Shown here piece by piece: positions 28,391-37,183 of a stretch of DNA of 49,676 nucleotides. The first letter of the stretch is position 1. Each line of letters starts with the position of its first letter. Both the position numbers and the translations under genes were made by a program. Where the stretch lies: positions 1 through 49,676 of the forward strand of contig CAZVLY010000003.1 of NCBI GenBank assembly GCA_964628175.1. The letters run 5' to 3'. The notes beneath the pieces were generated by a model. The model saw only the letters and a program-made list of their open reading frames with translations. It was not told the origin of the DNA and ran no database searches. This DNA is from an uncultured Piscinibacter sp. (GTDB taxonomy: Bacteria > Pseudomonadota > Gammaproteobacteria > Burkholderiales > Burkholderiaceae_C).

Positions 28391-29518
28391 CTAGCGAGAA
28401 TGGAGCGGCAGGCTCATGGTGAAGACGCAGCCCGTTCCCGGAAGGTCCCGCACCGTCAGCGTCCCGCCTTCCGCTTCGGTGGCGCGGCGTGCAATCGACA
28501 GGCCCATGCCAAGCCCGCTCCGGTCCTCGCTTCCCTGCGTGAAGGGCTTGAACATCTGCTCGGAAGAACCGGCGGGCAAGCCCCCGCAGTGATCCTGTAC
28601 GTCGATGAAGACGCGTTCTGCCTCCGCGTACGCCCGCAGGGTCACTTCAGAGTCCGGGTGAGTGAACTTCAACGCGTTCTGCAGAAGATTGACCAGCGCG
28701 GCCAGCAGCTGTTCGCGATGGCCCGCGACTTCGACCTTGGCGTCCACCTCGGGAACGACCAGTGAAACGCCGCGCGCATCCGCCCCGAGCATGGCGATTC
28801 GCTTTGCATCGGCAATGAATGCGGCAAGCGCAAAGGCCTCGCGTACGGAATGGGTGCCGGCTTGCATTCGGACATCGGCGACCGAGCGGTCGAGCAGGCT
28901 CGACAGCGCGTACAGGCTGCGCTTGATCAGCGCGCCGGTCGATCCCAAGACGGGGACTCGTCCGGTTTCGAGAACCCTGAACGCCAGCATTGCCGTCTGC
29001 AGTGAATTGCGCAGCTCATGAACGAGCACGCCGAGCCTCTCGTTTTCGTCGTTCGAGAGCTGGCGCGATATGCGCACTTCTCGATGGGCACTGAATTCCG
29101 TCACCGCATCGGCGATGGCATTGTCCAGGCAACGATTGAGGGTTCTGAAATGCTCGACGGAAAATGGTGCGTCCCTTTCCACGGCGAGGTCCGTGATGGC
29201 CTGGCACAGATCGCCGTAGTCGTGGACCACCTGATCGACGGTATAGCCCAGAGCCAGCAGTTCCTCGCCGTGTGCCGTGGCGGTGAGACCGATCTGGGAC
29301 AGCGCAGCGCCGTCACCACCTGATGGACCGGAGATCCGGGTGCCTTCGGCCGAGTCGCCTTCATCCTCTGCCGCCAGCGTTCTCGTCAGTTGATCGAGAA
29401 ACATCGGGATGCCGTTGGCGAGCTGCGGCGGAGTCGCGGCCCGCGATGGCCGCCGGGCGACCTTCTGCTTGCATCGGGCGATGAGTTCTTCTCGATTGTT
29501 TGCAAGAAATCTGTGCAT
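28391..29518 (-). CDS. Soluble sensor histidine kinase
   Basis: VVHDYGDLCQAIT, H-box VHELRN, NLLQNALKF, DHCGGLP, GLGMGLSI; no transmembrane segment. Confidence 0.9.
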   Translation of the reverse strand: MHRFLANNREELIARCKQKVARRPSRAATPPQLANGIPMFLDQLTRTLAAEDEGDSAEGTRISGPSGGDGAALSQIGLTATAHGEELLALGYTVDQVVHDYGDLCQAITDLAVERDAPFSVEHFRTLNRCLDNAIADAVTEFSAHREVRISRQLSNDENERLGVLVHELRNSLQTAMLAFRVLETGRVPVLGSTGALIKRSLYALSSLLDRSVADVRMQAGTHSVREAFALAAFIADAKRIAMLGADARGVSLVVPEVDAKVEVAGHREQLLAALVNLLQNALKFTHPDSEVTLRAYAEAERVFIDVQDHCGGLPAGSSEQMFKPFTQGSEDRSGLGMGLSIARRATEAEGGTLTVRDLPGTGCVFTMSLPLHSR

Positions 29519-29618
29519 GGAGGTTGCCGGTCAACGCCTCGGCGCCACGGAAGCGGAAGCTTGTACCCGGCCATCGGCCGGAGGGACACTCACTGTCCGT
29601 CATTCGGGCGCGGACCGA

Positions 29619-29634
29619 TATGCGCTACCGAACA
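29619..29634. promoter_or_regulatory. TATGCG-ctac-CGAACA operator-like site
   Basis: One mismatch to the motif, followed by GAC; between the divergent kinase and receiver genes. Confidence 0.5.
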
Positions 29635-29670
29635 GACGCCCGGGCCCGCGCCGTGGCGTTCGGCGGGTTC

Positions 29671-29687
29671 TGGGTACACCGTTTGCC
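29671..29687 (+). promoter_or_regulatory. Sigma-54 promoter (GGGTACA-ccgt-TTGCC)
   Basis: GG-N10-GC with TTGC, 62 bp upstream of ATG 29749. Confidence 0.65.
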
Positions 29688-29748
29688 CTCCGAGGCTGAC
29701 ACACACAAGCGCCACCCTGCCCGCATTCCCACCGCGAACGTGACCCCA

Positions 29749-30135
29749 ATGCCCCATGCGACCGCGCAGTTACGAGTTCTCGTGATCGACGACAACGTCG
29801 ATGGCGCCGAGGCACTGAGTGCGCTCCTGTCCACGATGGGATGCGTGACTGCCGTGGCTTTCGGCGGCACCCATGGGCTCGTCGTGGCCATGGAGTTCGA
29901 TCCCCACATGGCGTTCGTCGACATGGAGATGCCCGGGATGGGCGGCTGCGAAGTCGCGCGGCGCTTGCGCGCACATCCACCGGGGGGCCCGGCGAGGCTG
30001 ATCTGTCTGACGGGCCATGGTCATCCCGACGACCGGCGGACGTGCATGGCAGCCGGCTTCGACGAGTTCTTCACGAAGCCCATGGCAGCGGGAAGTCTGG
30101 CCAGAGTGCTGGCCGAATCGAGGGCGGCGCTTTGA
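29749..30135 (+). CDS. Stand-alone response regulator receiver domain
   Basis: VLVIDDN, VDMEMPGM, LTGHG, AGFDEFFTKP. Confidence 0.88.
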   Translation: MPHATAQLRVLVIDDNVDGAEALSALLSTMGCVTAVAFGGTHGLVVAMEFDPHMAFVDMEMPGMGGCEVARRLRAHPPGGPARLICLTGHGHPDDRRTCMAAGFDEFFTKPMAAGSLARVLAESRAAL

Positions 30136-30142
30136 GCGCGGG

Positions 30143-30973
30143 TTACTCCGCCGTAGCGCCATCGATAGCCCGCACTCTGCCGCCCTGCGCCGCGAGCTGC
30201 GGCGCGTTCCTGCCGGCCGCTGAGCGCTGCGGGCTGGGCGACGAGTGCGAGAGTCGCGCATATTCCGTCCTGATCACCTCGTAGCACTCGCAACTCAGGC
30301 TTTCCAGGCCGTTTCGGTCGATCACCACCACGAGCCCGCGGGTGTAGTCGATCAGGCCGGCTCGTTGCAGCTTCAGTGCAGCGCAGGTGACGCCTTCGCG
30401 GCGCACGCCGAGCATGCGGGCGATGGCCTCGTGCGTCAGGCTCAGGGGGGCACCGCGGGTGCCATCCAGGCAGCCGAGCAAACATCGGCACAGGCGCTGT
30501 TCAAGGACGTGGTGCTTGTTGCAGATGGCCGCCTGCGCCATGTGTGCCATCAACACGTGTGCATAGCGCAGCATCAGGCTCATCACGGCCCCGCAGCTGT
30601 GGAACTCATTCCTGATCCAGGCGCTGCGCATCCGGTAGCCCTGGCCGCCTGTGCGCACCACGGCCTCGCCCAGGGTGGCCCCGCCGCTCATGAGGACGGG
30701 AATGCCCACCATGCCTTCGTTGCCCACGGCGACCACCTCCAGCGAATCGCCACTGCGTGTGCCGTGCAGCATGGACACGCTGGCGGTCGTGGGAAAGTAC
30801 ACGTGAGCGCCGCACTCTGCGCCGCGGCAGAGCGCCACGCCGGCTGCCATGTCGACAAGTTCCAGGTGCGGCCGCCAGCGTTGCAGGTCGGCAGCGGGCA
30901 GCGCAGCCAGCAGCCGATTGTCTTGCGGCCTGGCGGCCGGGAGGTGGGAGACGGCAGCCGACGAAACATGCAT
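30143..30973 (-). CDS. Crp/Fnr family transcriptional regulator
   Basis: NRLLAALP, HVYFP, VGNEGMVG, LEQRLCR, LTHEAIARMLGVRREGVT, SCECY. Confidence 0.92.
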   Translation of the reverse strand: MHVSSAAVSHLPAARPQDNRLLAALPAADLQRWRPHLELVDMAAGVALCRGAECGAHVYFPTTASVSMLHGTRSGDSLEVVAVGNEGMVGIPVLMSGGATLGEAVVRTGGQGYRMRSAWIRNEFHSCGAVMSLMLRYAHVLMAHMAQAAICNKHHVLEQRLCRCLLGCLDGTRGAPLSLTHEAIARMLGVRREGVTCAALKLQRAGLIDYTRGLVVVIDRNGLESLSCECYEVIRTEYARLSHSSPSPQRSAAGRNAPQLAAQGGRVRAIDGATAE

Positions 30974-31014
30974 GGTGTGGACCTGTCACGCGTCGCAGCG
31001 ACGCCCATGGACAG

Positions 31015-31031
31015 GGCAATCGAGATGCCGC
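31015..31031 (-). promoter_or_regulatory. Sigma-54 promoter upstream of the Crp gene (CGGCATC-tcga-TTGCC)
   Basis: GG-N10-GC with TTGC, 42 bp upstream of ATG 30973. Confidence 0.65.
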
Positions 31032-31143
31032 ACGACGCATGTTCCCGTGCGGCCGGCGCAGCGAGCGCGATCGTCAGGCTGCGGGTCGGGGTCTGCGGAC
31101 GTCGTCGCAGTGAGGCCGCGCGATCAACGCCTGTGGCGACGGG

Positions 31144-31374
31144 CTAGCCGAAACAGGCGATCCATTCGATCCCCTTTGAACGGGCCGCAGCGACGGCGGA
31201 CTCTTCGTCGGCATGGTTGCCGCGGGCCACGTCGATGGAGCGCGGGCGGCTGGGCCAGGCGTGCCGGGTGGCCACGAGCACGGGCGCAAACCTGCCGCCA
31301 TCGATGGCCCGCGCACTGCATTCGAGATCGTAGGCCTTCACCCGGAATACCTGGGCCGTCGTCGTTGTCGTCAT
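31144..31374 (-). CDS. Small hypothetical protein (76 aa)
   Basis: GGAG RBS; downstream of galE in the same orientation. Confidence 0.65.
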   Translation of the reverse strand: MTTTTTAQVFRVKAYDLECSARAIDGGRFAPVLVATRHAWPSRPRSIDVARGNHADEESAVAAARSKGIEWIACFG

Positions 31375-31399
31375 GTCACGCTCCCATGCGCAAGTGCGC

Positions 31400-32419
31400 T
31401 CATGCTTGAAAACCTCTCGGATTCAGGGACTGCCAGCGCCAGCTGTCGGCGCACATGCGGTCCAGGTCGTGGCGTGCCCGCCACCCGAGCAGCCCCTGCG
31501 CCAGTGACGGGTCGGCATAACACGCCGCCACGTCGCCGGCACGCCGGGGGCCGATCCGGTACGGGACATCACGCCCGCTGGCAGCGGCATAGGCACGCAC
31601 CACCTCCAGGACGCTGTGGCCGCGGCCGCTTCCCAGGTTGACCGTGAAGGATCCTGGCGCTTCGAGCAGCCGGCCCAGCGCGGCCACATGACCTGCGGCC
31701 AGATCGGCGATGTGGATGTAGTCGCGCACGCCTGTGCCGTCGACGGTGGCGTAGTCGCCGCCATGGATCTGCAAGTGGCTGCGCTGGCCCACGGCGACCT
31801 GGGCCACATAGGGCATCAGGTTGTTCGGAGTGCCCCGCGGGTCTTCGCCCAGCCGGCCGCTGGCGTGCGCACCGACCGGGTTGAAGTAGCGCAGGCAAGC
31901 CGTCCGCCACGAGGGATCAGCCGTTCCGAGGTCGCGCAGGACGGTCTCACCGATCAGTTTGGTCTGCCCGTAAGGGCTGGTGGCCGACAGTGCTGCGGAC
32001 TCGCACAAGGGCAGCGACGCCGGATCTCCGTACACCGTGGCGCTGGAGCTGAACACAAAGCGATCGACCCCATGCAGCTGCATGGCCCGGCACACCGTGA
32101 GCAGGCCGCCGAGGTTGTTGGCGTAATAGTCCAGCGGCCTGGCGGCGGAATCGCCCACGGCCTTGAAGGCCGCGAAATGCATCGTGGCGTCGAAGCGGTA
32201 GCGGGAAAACAGCGCAGACATGGCGTGCGCATCACAGACGCTGGCGTGTTCGAAGACCGGCCGCGACCTGCAGAGCTCGCACAGGCGGTTCAGGACCTCG
32301 GGCGAGCTGTTGGAGAAGTCGTCGACGCCGACCACGGCATAGCCGGCCTCCTCGAGCGCGAGCCAGGTGTGCGACCCGATGTAGCCGGTGGCGCCAGTCA
32401 GCAGGATAGTGGGTTTCAT
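31400..32419 (-). CDS. galE: UDP-glucose 4-epimerase
   Basis: TGATGYIGSHT, HFAAFKAVG, FSSSATVYG, PYGQTK, LRYFNPVGAH, GVRDYIH. Confidence 0.95.
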   Translation of the reverse strand: MKPTILLTGATGYIGSHTWLALEEAGYAVVGVDDFSNSSPEVLNRLCELCRSRPVFEHASVCDAHAMSALFSRYRFDATMHFAAFKAVGDSAARPLDYYANNLGGLLTVCRAMQLHGVDRFVFSSSATVYGDPASLPLCESAALSATSPYGQTKLIGETVLRDLGTADPSWRTACLRYFNPVGAHASGRLGEDPRGTPNNLMPYVAQVAVGQRSHLQIHGGDYATVDGTGVRDYIHIADLAAGHVAALGRLLEAPGSFTVNLGSGRGHSVLEVVRAYAAASGRDVPYRIGPRRAGDVAACYADPSLAQGLLGWRARHDLDRMCADSWRWQSLNPRGFQA

Positions 32420-32465
32420 GGCAAGGCAAATGAGCCATGGGAGGATGGCGATTCGCACTGCCTTC

Positions 32466-32487
32466 GTCTGTCTCGTTCCGCACAGAC
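32466..32487. promoter_or_regulatory. GTCTGTCTC-gttc-CGCACAGAC operator-like site
   Basis: Outer GTCTGT...ACAGAC arms of the recurrent motif, upstream of galE. Confidence 0.5.
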
Positions 32488-32606
32488 CGGGCGCAGCGCT
32501 GCCCGCATTCGCGCTGCAGCGTCGCGGCCCCGCGAGCCAACGGAGCCAAGCCCCTGACCGAGCATCCTGATCACGTGCTCAACGGCGACGGAAACCGCCC
32601 TCGTAC

Positions 32607-32622
32607 TGTTCCTCAGCGCACA
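32607..32622. promoter_or_regulatory. TGTTCC-tcag-CGCACA operator-like site
   Basis: One mismatch to the motif; same intergenic region as the previous site. Confidence 0.5.
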
Positions 32623-32721
32623 TACACGCGCGGCTTGCGGCGGCAGACTGGGCCGGATCGACTTGCAGACTGGCAAGCATCGGCTCAGCTGGCTCGAACC
32701 GAATCGCGAAGGGATCTGCAC

Positions 32722-32955
32722 ATGTCACGGATGGAAGAACTTGCACTGGAGACTCATCGGGCCCAGCTGCACACCGACCTCGGACGGCTGGTCGACAAGT
32801 ACCGCGCGATCTTCGGCTGGGACCTGCCTGCAGTCGATGAGAACTTCTCCAAGCGCCTGGTCATCACTTCATTGCGAAGCGCGCTGGACGACCTGCAGCA
32901 GCAGCTTCCGGGCGCTCCACGGACGCGAGCGGAAAGCAACTACCGCGTGGGTTAG
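32722..32955 (+). CDS. Small hypothetical protein (77 aa)
   Basis: AAGGGA RBS-like; helical LVDKYRAIFGWDLP core. Confidence 0.65.
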   Translation: MSRMEELALETHRAQLHTDLGRLVDKYRAIFGWDLPAVDENFSKRLVITSLRSALDDLQQQLPGAPRTRAESNYRVG

Positions 32956-33112
32956 TCAGCCCAGGCGGCATGGCTCGAGCGTCAGATCGCGCTCGATCGC
33001 AACGATGCCAGCGCATGCTTCCGGCTCGGTTGTGCCCGTTGCACCTGCGGGCGGCAGGCGGTAGCCACCGCCGAGCACCATGCCGGGGAGCGCGCGCGAG
33101 CGGAGGCTCCGA

Positions 33113-33541
33113 TCAGCGGCTTCTCAGGGGCGTGAGTCGCCGCTGTCGGTTCTCCAGCGCGCCCGCCGAGGCGGCCTTCAGCAGCCGCTGGAATGAAGGG
33201 CAGGCCGCGTGGCTCGGTGCGGGACAGGCCACGGCGTGCCGCAGGCCTTCGATCATCGCCTTCAGCCGCTTGACCATGCGCTCGAGCTCGTCGGCCTTGG
33301 AAGCCAGCATGGCGCGGTCGATGTTCAGCTCACCGCCGGGAGTGAACATCACCCGAATCTCGTCCAGCGAGAAGCCGGCCGCCTGCCCCAGCGCGATGAG
33401 CGCCAGCTGATCCAGCACCGCCGGCGAGAACTTGCGCCGTGCGCCGTCCGACTCCAGCGAGTGGATGAGGCCCTTGCGTTCGTAGTACCGCAGCGCCGAG
33501 GCGGCCACGCCCGACTTCCTGGCGACTTCCGAGATGTCCAT
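33113..33541 (-). CDS. MerR family transcriptional regulator
   Basis: MDISEVARKSGVAASALRYYERKGLI, AGFSLDEI, C-terminal CPAPSHAACP. Confidence 0.93.
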   Translation of the reverse strand: MDISEVARKSGVAASALRYYERKGLIHSLESDGARRKFSPAVLDQLALIALGQAAGFSLDEIRVMFTPGGELNIDRAMLASKADELERMVKRLKAMIEGLRHAVACPAPSHAACPSFQRLLKAASAGALENRQRRLTPLRSR

Positions 33542-33551
33542 GAAAAAGCGC

Positions 33552-33582
33552 TTGACTTGAAGTTGACTTCAACTTCTATGCT
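33552..33582 (+). promoter_or_regulatory. MerR-type promoter/operator
   Basis: TTGACT-19 bp-TATGCT with dyad TTGAAGT-tg-ACTTCAA. Confidence 0.85.
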
Positions 33583-33625
33583 GCCTTCAGCACATCGAAG
33601 AGTCAACCGCTTCACGGAGATCCCC

Positions 33626-34120
33626 ATGACTGCCCTCAACACCTTCGGACAAATCGCCCTGGTCGGAATCGGCGCCACGGCCGCGATGGACGCCTGGCTG
33701 CTGCTCCTGGCGCGCCTGGGGGTACCCACCACCAGCTTCGCCATGGTGGGGCGCTGGGTCGGGCACGTCGCGCGGGGTCGGTTCGCCCATCGGGCCATCT
33801 CGAAGGCGGCGCCCATCCCGTTCGAGCTCGGCCTGGGCTGGCTGACGCACTACCTCATCGGCATCGCCTACGCGGCGCTGCTGGTTGCGACCCAGGGCAC
33901 GGCGTGGCTCGCACAGCCGACGCTGCTGCCTGCCGTGGCCGTTGGCGTGGTGACCGTGGCGGCGCCCTGGTTCGTGATGCAACCGGCCATGGGTTCGGGC
34001 TTTCTGGCGTCGAAGACCCCGGCGCCGCTGAAGAACTGCCTGCGCAACCTGGCCAATCACACGGTGTTCGGCGCAGGCCTGTACCTGGCGGCCGCCGCTG
34101 TGGTGCAGGCCGCCAGGTGA
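33626..34120 (+). CDS. DUF2938 family membrane protein
   Basis: GIGATAAMDAW, VGRWVGH, LGWLTHY.IG, PWFVMQPAMG.G, HTVFG. Confidence 0.85.
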   Translation: MTALNTFGQIALVGIGATAAMDAWLLLLARLGVPTTSFAMVGRWVGHVARGRFAHRAISKAAPIPFELGLGWLTHYLIGIAYAALLVATQGTAWLAQPTLLPAVAVGVVTVAAPWFVMQPAMGSGFLASKTPAPLKNCLRNLANHTVFGAGLYLAAAAVVQAAR

Positions 34121-34178
34121 GCAGCCGACCCCGATGTACCACCCCGAGAAATCCTGCAACCCCTCTGGAGTCCATGTC

Positions 34179-34748
34179 ATGAGCAAACTTGCCATCGTCT
34201 ATCACAGCGCCCACGGGCACACCGAGTTCATCGCGCGTCAGGTGCTCGTCGGCACCCGGCAGGTCGAAGACGTCGAGGCCCACCTGGTCAAGGCCGAGGA
34301 CATCGCCCGCTCGCCGGACGAACTCATCGCCTACGACGGCCTCATCCTGGGCTCGCCGACCTACCTCGGCGGGGTCTCCGGCGCGTTCAAGTCCTTCATG
34401 GACGCCACCGGCCGTCTGTGGCGCACCCAGCAGCTCAAGGGCAAGCTCGCCGCCGGGTTCACGGTGTCGTCGCTCCCGGCCGGCGACAAGCAGTCGACGC
34501 TGCTGTCGATGTTCGTCTTCGCCATGCAGCACGGCATGCTGTGGGTCGGCAACCCCATCCTGCCCGAGCAGCACAGCGGCGTGCCGTACGACGAGGCCGC
34601 GAATCGGCTCGGATCGTGGTCGGGCCTGATGGCCCAGGCCGGTCACTCGGCGCCGGCGGACTCGTTCGTGCCGGGTGACGTCAAGACGGCCAGGATGTTC
34701 GGCCGCCACTTCGCCGAGAGCCTGAACCGCGTGATGGTCTGCGCGTAG
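34179..34748 (+). CDS. Flavodoxin-like (WrbA-type) NAD(P)H oxidoreductase
   Basis: VYHSAHGHT, LGSPTYLG, FMDAT, GKLAAGFT, AMQHGMLWVG. Confidence 0.9.
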   Translation: MSKLAIVYHSAHGHTEFIARQVLVGTRQVEDVEAHLVKAEDIARSPDELIAYDGLILGSPTYLGGVSGAFKSFMDATGRLWRTQQLKGKLAAGFTVSSLPAGDKQSTLLSMFVFAMQHGMLWVGNPILPEQHSGVPYDEAANRLGSWSGLMAQAGHSAPADSFVPGDVKTARMFGRHFAESLNRVMVCA

Positions 34749-34772
34749 ACGAGCCCCTTCCGGAGAATCTTC

Positions 34773-35003
34773 ATGCTTCCCAAGCGATTTGCGCCTGCAG
34801 TCTTCGGACTGATCCTGTCGGGGCTGATGTCCCTGCTGGTATCCGGCATCTCGACCTACCGGGCCGTCGGCCTCGGCGACAGTTATGCCGGCATGTGGGC
34901 CAGCGCCTGGCTGACTGCCTGGCTGGTGGCCTTCCCCGTGGTGCTGGGCGTCGCGCCGCTCACGCAGCGGATGGTGGCCATGCTCGTCGACCAGCGGCCT
35001 TGA
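34773..35003 (+). CDS. DUF2798 family small membrane protein
   Basis: FGLILSGLMSLLVSGI, AWLVAFP. Confidence 0.8.
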   Translation: MLPKRFAPAVFGLILSGLMSLLVSGISTYRAVGLGDSYAGMWASAWLTAWLVAFPVVLGVAPLTQRMVAMLVDQRP

Positions 35004-35115
35004 ATCGGCGAGTCGCGCCGCCCTCCGGCATTTCGTCGCAGGGCACTGGACGTGCCCGGGTCGCGGCCCCAGAGTCTGCGCATGCCGTTGCCCCATCGGC
35101 TTCCGAAAGCACCAG

Positions 35116-36153
35116 ATGACTCTGTTCCGCACCGTTCTGCAACCCGTCGCGCTCGTCGCCGCCCTGCTGCTGTCCCTGGCCGGGCCGGCGCGCGCGCAGC
35201 ACGCGGGCTATCGCACGCTCACGATCGCCGGTGACACGCCCACGACCGTGGCCTTGTTCTATCCCACGGCCGCGGCCGACCGTGTCGTGCCCATGGGCCC
35301 ATGGCTGCCCGTCGTGGCCCCGGGGGCGCCGGTCTCCGAGACCAGGCTCAAGGGTCTGATCCTGCTTTCACACGGCACCGGTGGCACGGAGCTGAACCAC
35401 CACAACCTGGGCACCCGGCTCGCGCGGGACGGGTACCTGGTGGCGGCCGTGCGACATGCGGGCGACAACTGGCAGGACCGTTCGCTCGTCGCATCGGGCC
35501 GCTACTTCAGCGAGCGGCCGCTGCAGATCAGCCGCGTGCTGGATGCGCTGCTGGCGAGCCCCGAGTGGGGGCCGCGCATCCCGATCGAACGCATCGGCGC
35601 GGTGGGCCATTCCGCCGGCGGCTACAGCGTGCTGGCGCTGGCGGGCGCGCAGGCCGATGCCCAGCGCTCGGCGCAGCATTGCCGGGCCGTGCAGGATGAC
35701 CCGGGCTACTGCGCCCTCGCGAAGGGTGCGGCAGGCACCGGGGCCGCCGGGGCGCAGGCCGCACCCGCCGCCAGCGCCGTCACGCCGGACGCACGGCCGG
35801 TCTCGGTGCCGGACCGCCGCATCCGCGCCGTGGTCGCACTGGCGCCCATGGCCGTGGTGTTCACGCCCGAGAGCCTTGCGGCCATCACGGTGCCCGTTCG
35901 CGTCATCGTGGCCGAGCAGGATGCGGTGCTCAACGGCAAGTACCACGGCGGACATGTCGCCGCCAGCCTGGCCCGCGCGCAGTCCAGCACGGTGGCCGGC
36001 GCAGGGCACTTCGCCTTCATGGCGCAACCGACCTTCCCGCTGCCCTCGGCGGCAGGTGACGCTGCGGCCAATCCAGCCGGCTTCGACCGCGTCGCCTTCC
36101 TGCCGGAACTGGAGAACCAGGTGGCCGGCTTCTTCGCCGATCAATGGCGCTGA
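35116..36153 (+). CDS. Exported alpha/beta hydrolase (dienelactone-hydrolase-like)
   Basis: Signal peptide ARA-Q; LSHGTGG, HAGDN, VGHSAGG, GAGHFAFM. Confidence 0.88.
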   Translation: MTLFRTVLQPVALVAALLLSLAGPARAQHAGYRTLTIAGDTPTTVALFYPTAAADRVVPMGPWLPVVAPGAPVSETRLKGLILLSHGTGGTELNHHNLGTRLARDGYLVAAVRHAGDNWQDRSLVASGRYFSERPLQISRVLDALLASPEWGPRIPIERIGAVGHSAGGYSVLALAGAQADAQRSAQHCRAVQDDPGYCALAKGAAGTGAAGAQAAPAASAVTPDARPVSVPDRRIRAVVALAPMAVVFTPESLAAITVPVRVIVAEQDAVLNGKYHGGHVAASLARAQSSTVAGAGHFAFMAQPTFPLPSAAGDAAANPAGFDRVAFLPELENQVAGFFADQWR

Positions 36154-36352
36154 AGGCCGACCGTCGCACCCACGCGACATGACTTCCCGGGCGCTCGAGT
36201 CAGCGCCCGGCTGACGGCCTCGGGCGCAGCGTCTGAGCCGCTGGCGGGTTGTCCCTGCCCGCCATGCCCCCTGCTTCGCAGATCCCCACCCCACGCCGCT
36301 GACCTGCACACGGGCCGGCAGGATCGGCTGTCGCCACTCGAAAAGAAGAACC

Positions 36353-36493
36353 ATGAAACTTTCCATTCTTGCCCTCGCCTTCCTCGGCGCCCTGAGCTCG
36401 CAAGCGCAGGCAGCCCCCAACGACGGCTACGGCAAGCTGTCGAACACGGTCAAGGCCAGCGCGCTGTTGTTCGGCCTCCACTTCACGCTCTGA
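36353..36493 (+). pseudogene. 46-aa ORF: signal peptide plus a beta-strand-like tail; possible internally deleted outer-membrane protein
   Basis: MKLSILALAFLGALSSQAQA-APNDGYGKLSNTVKASALLFGLHFTL*; purine-rich leader; below the ORF-track cut-off. Confidence 0.5.
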
Positions 36494-36637
36494 AGGCATG
36501 GACATCTCCCGCCCGGCTGAGGGGCACGTCCCCCGGGCACCGGCCCGGGCGAGAACCCACCGTCTGGCGGTCAGTCAGGTCCGCTGCAACTGCGTGCGAC
36601 CCATGTCCGACAGCAAACGGGCCAATGCAGGGCGAGC

Positions 36638-36896
36638 ATGGCGCTGAACGACTCGCACTTCGTGGTTCGCGCGCCGGCAGGCCATTGATCCCTTCGCGCG
36701 GAAGGCCGATGATCGGCCTGCGCTCGCGCACAGACTGCGCCGGGCCGCGCAGCGCTCAGCCAGCGGGCGCGTGGCCGTCAGCGACGCCTGGCGGAACTTC
36801 CTCATCGATCCGGACGGTGCGCGGGTCGAACTCTGCTTCCCGCGCCTGTGCACCCGGCGCTGGTCTGAGCGCTCTCGCGGGCGGGAGAAACGATGA
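36638..36896 (+). pseudogene. Possible VOC/glyoxalase remnant
   Basis: MALNDSHFVVRA in one frame and FLIDPDGARVELC in another; the latter frame ends in an ATGA overlap with the next gene. Confidence 0.4.
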
Positions 36897-37183
36897 GCAC
36901 CTATGTGATCTTCGACGTCGAGATTCGGGATCCGGCCCGCTACCAGGAGTTCATGAAGGGCGTGAAGCCGGCCCTTGAGGCGGCGGGCGGACGTTATCTG
37001 GCTCGCGGCGGCGCGCTCAAGGTCTACGAGGGCGACTGGGCGCCGCGACGCATCGTCCTGCTCGAGTTTCCGTCGCTTGCGGCCTGGGAGTCCTTCTACA
37101 ACGGGGACACCTACCAGGGCCTGAAAGCGGTTCGCGACGAGTGCAGCTCGGCGCGGCTGGTGTCGGTGGAGGGGCTGGCGTGA
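36893..37183 (+). CDS. DUF1330 domain protein
   Basis: GGRYLARGG, EGDWAPRRIVLLEFPS, YQGLKAVR. Confidence 0.9.
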   Translation: MSTYVIFDVEIRDPARYQEFMKGVKPALEAAGGRYLARGGALKVYEGDWAPRRIVLLEFPSLAAWESFYNGDTYQGLKAVRDECSSARLVSVEGLA

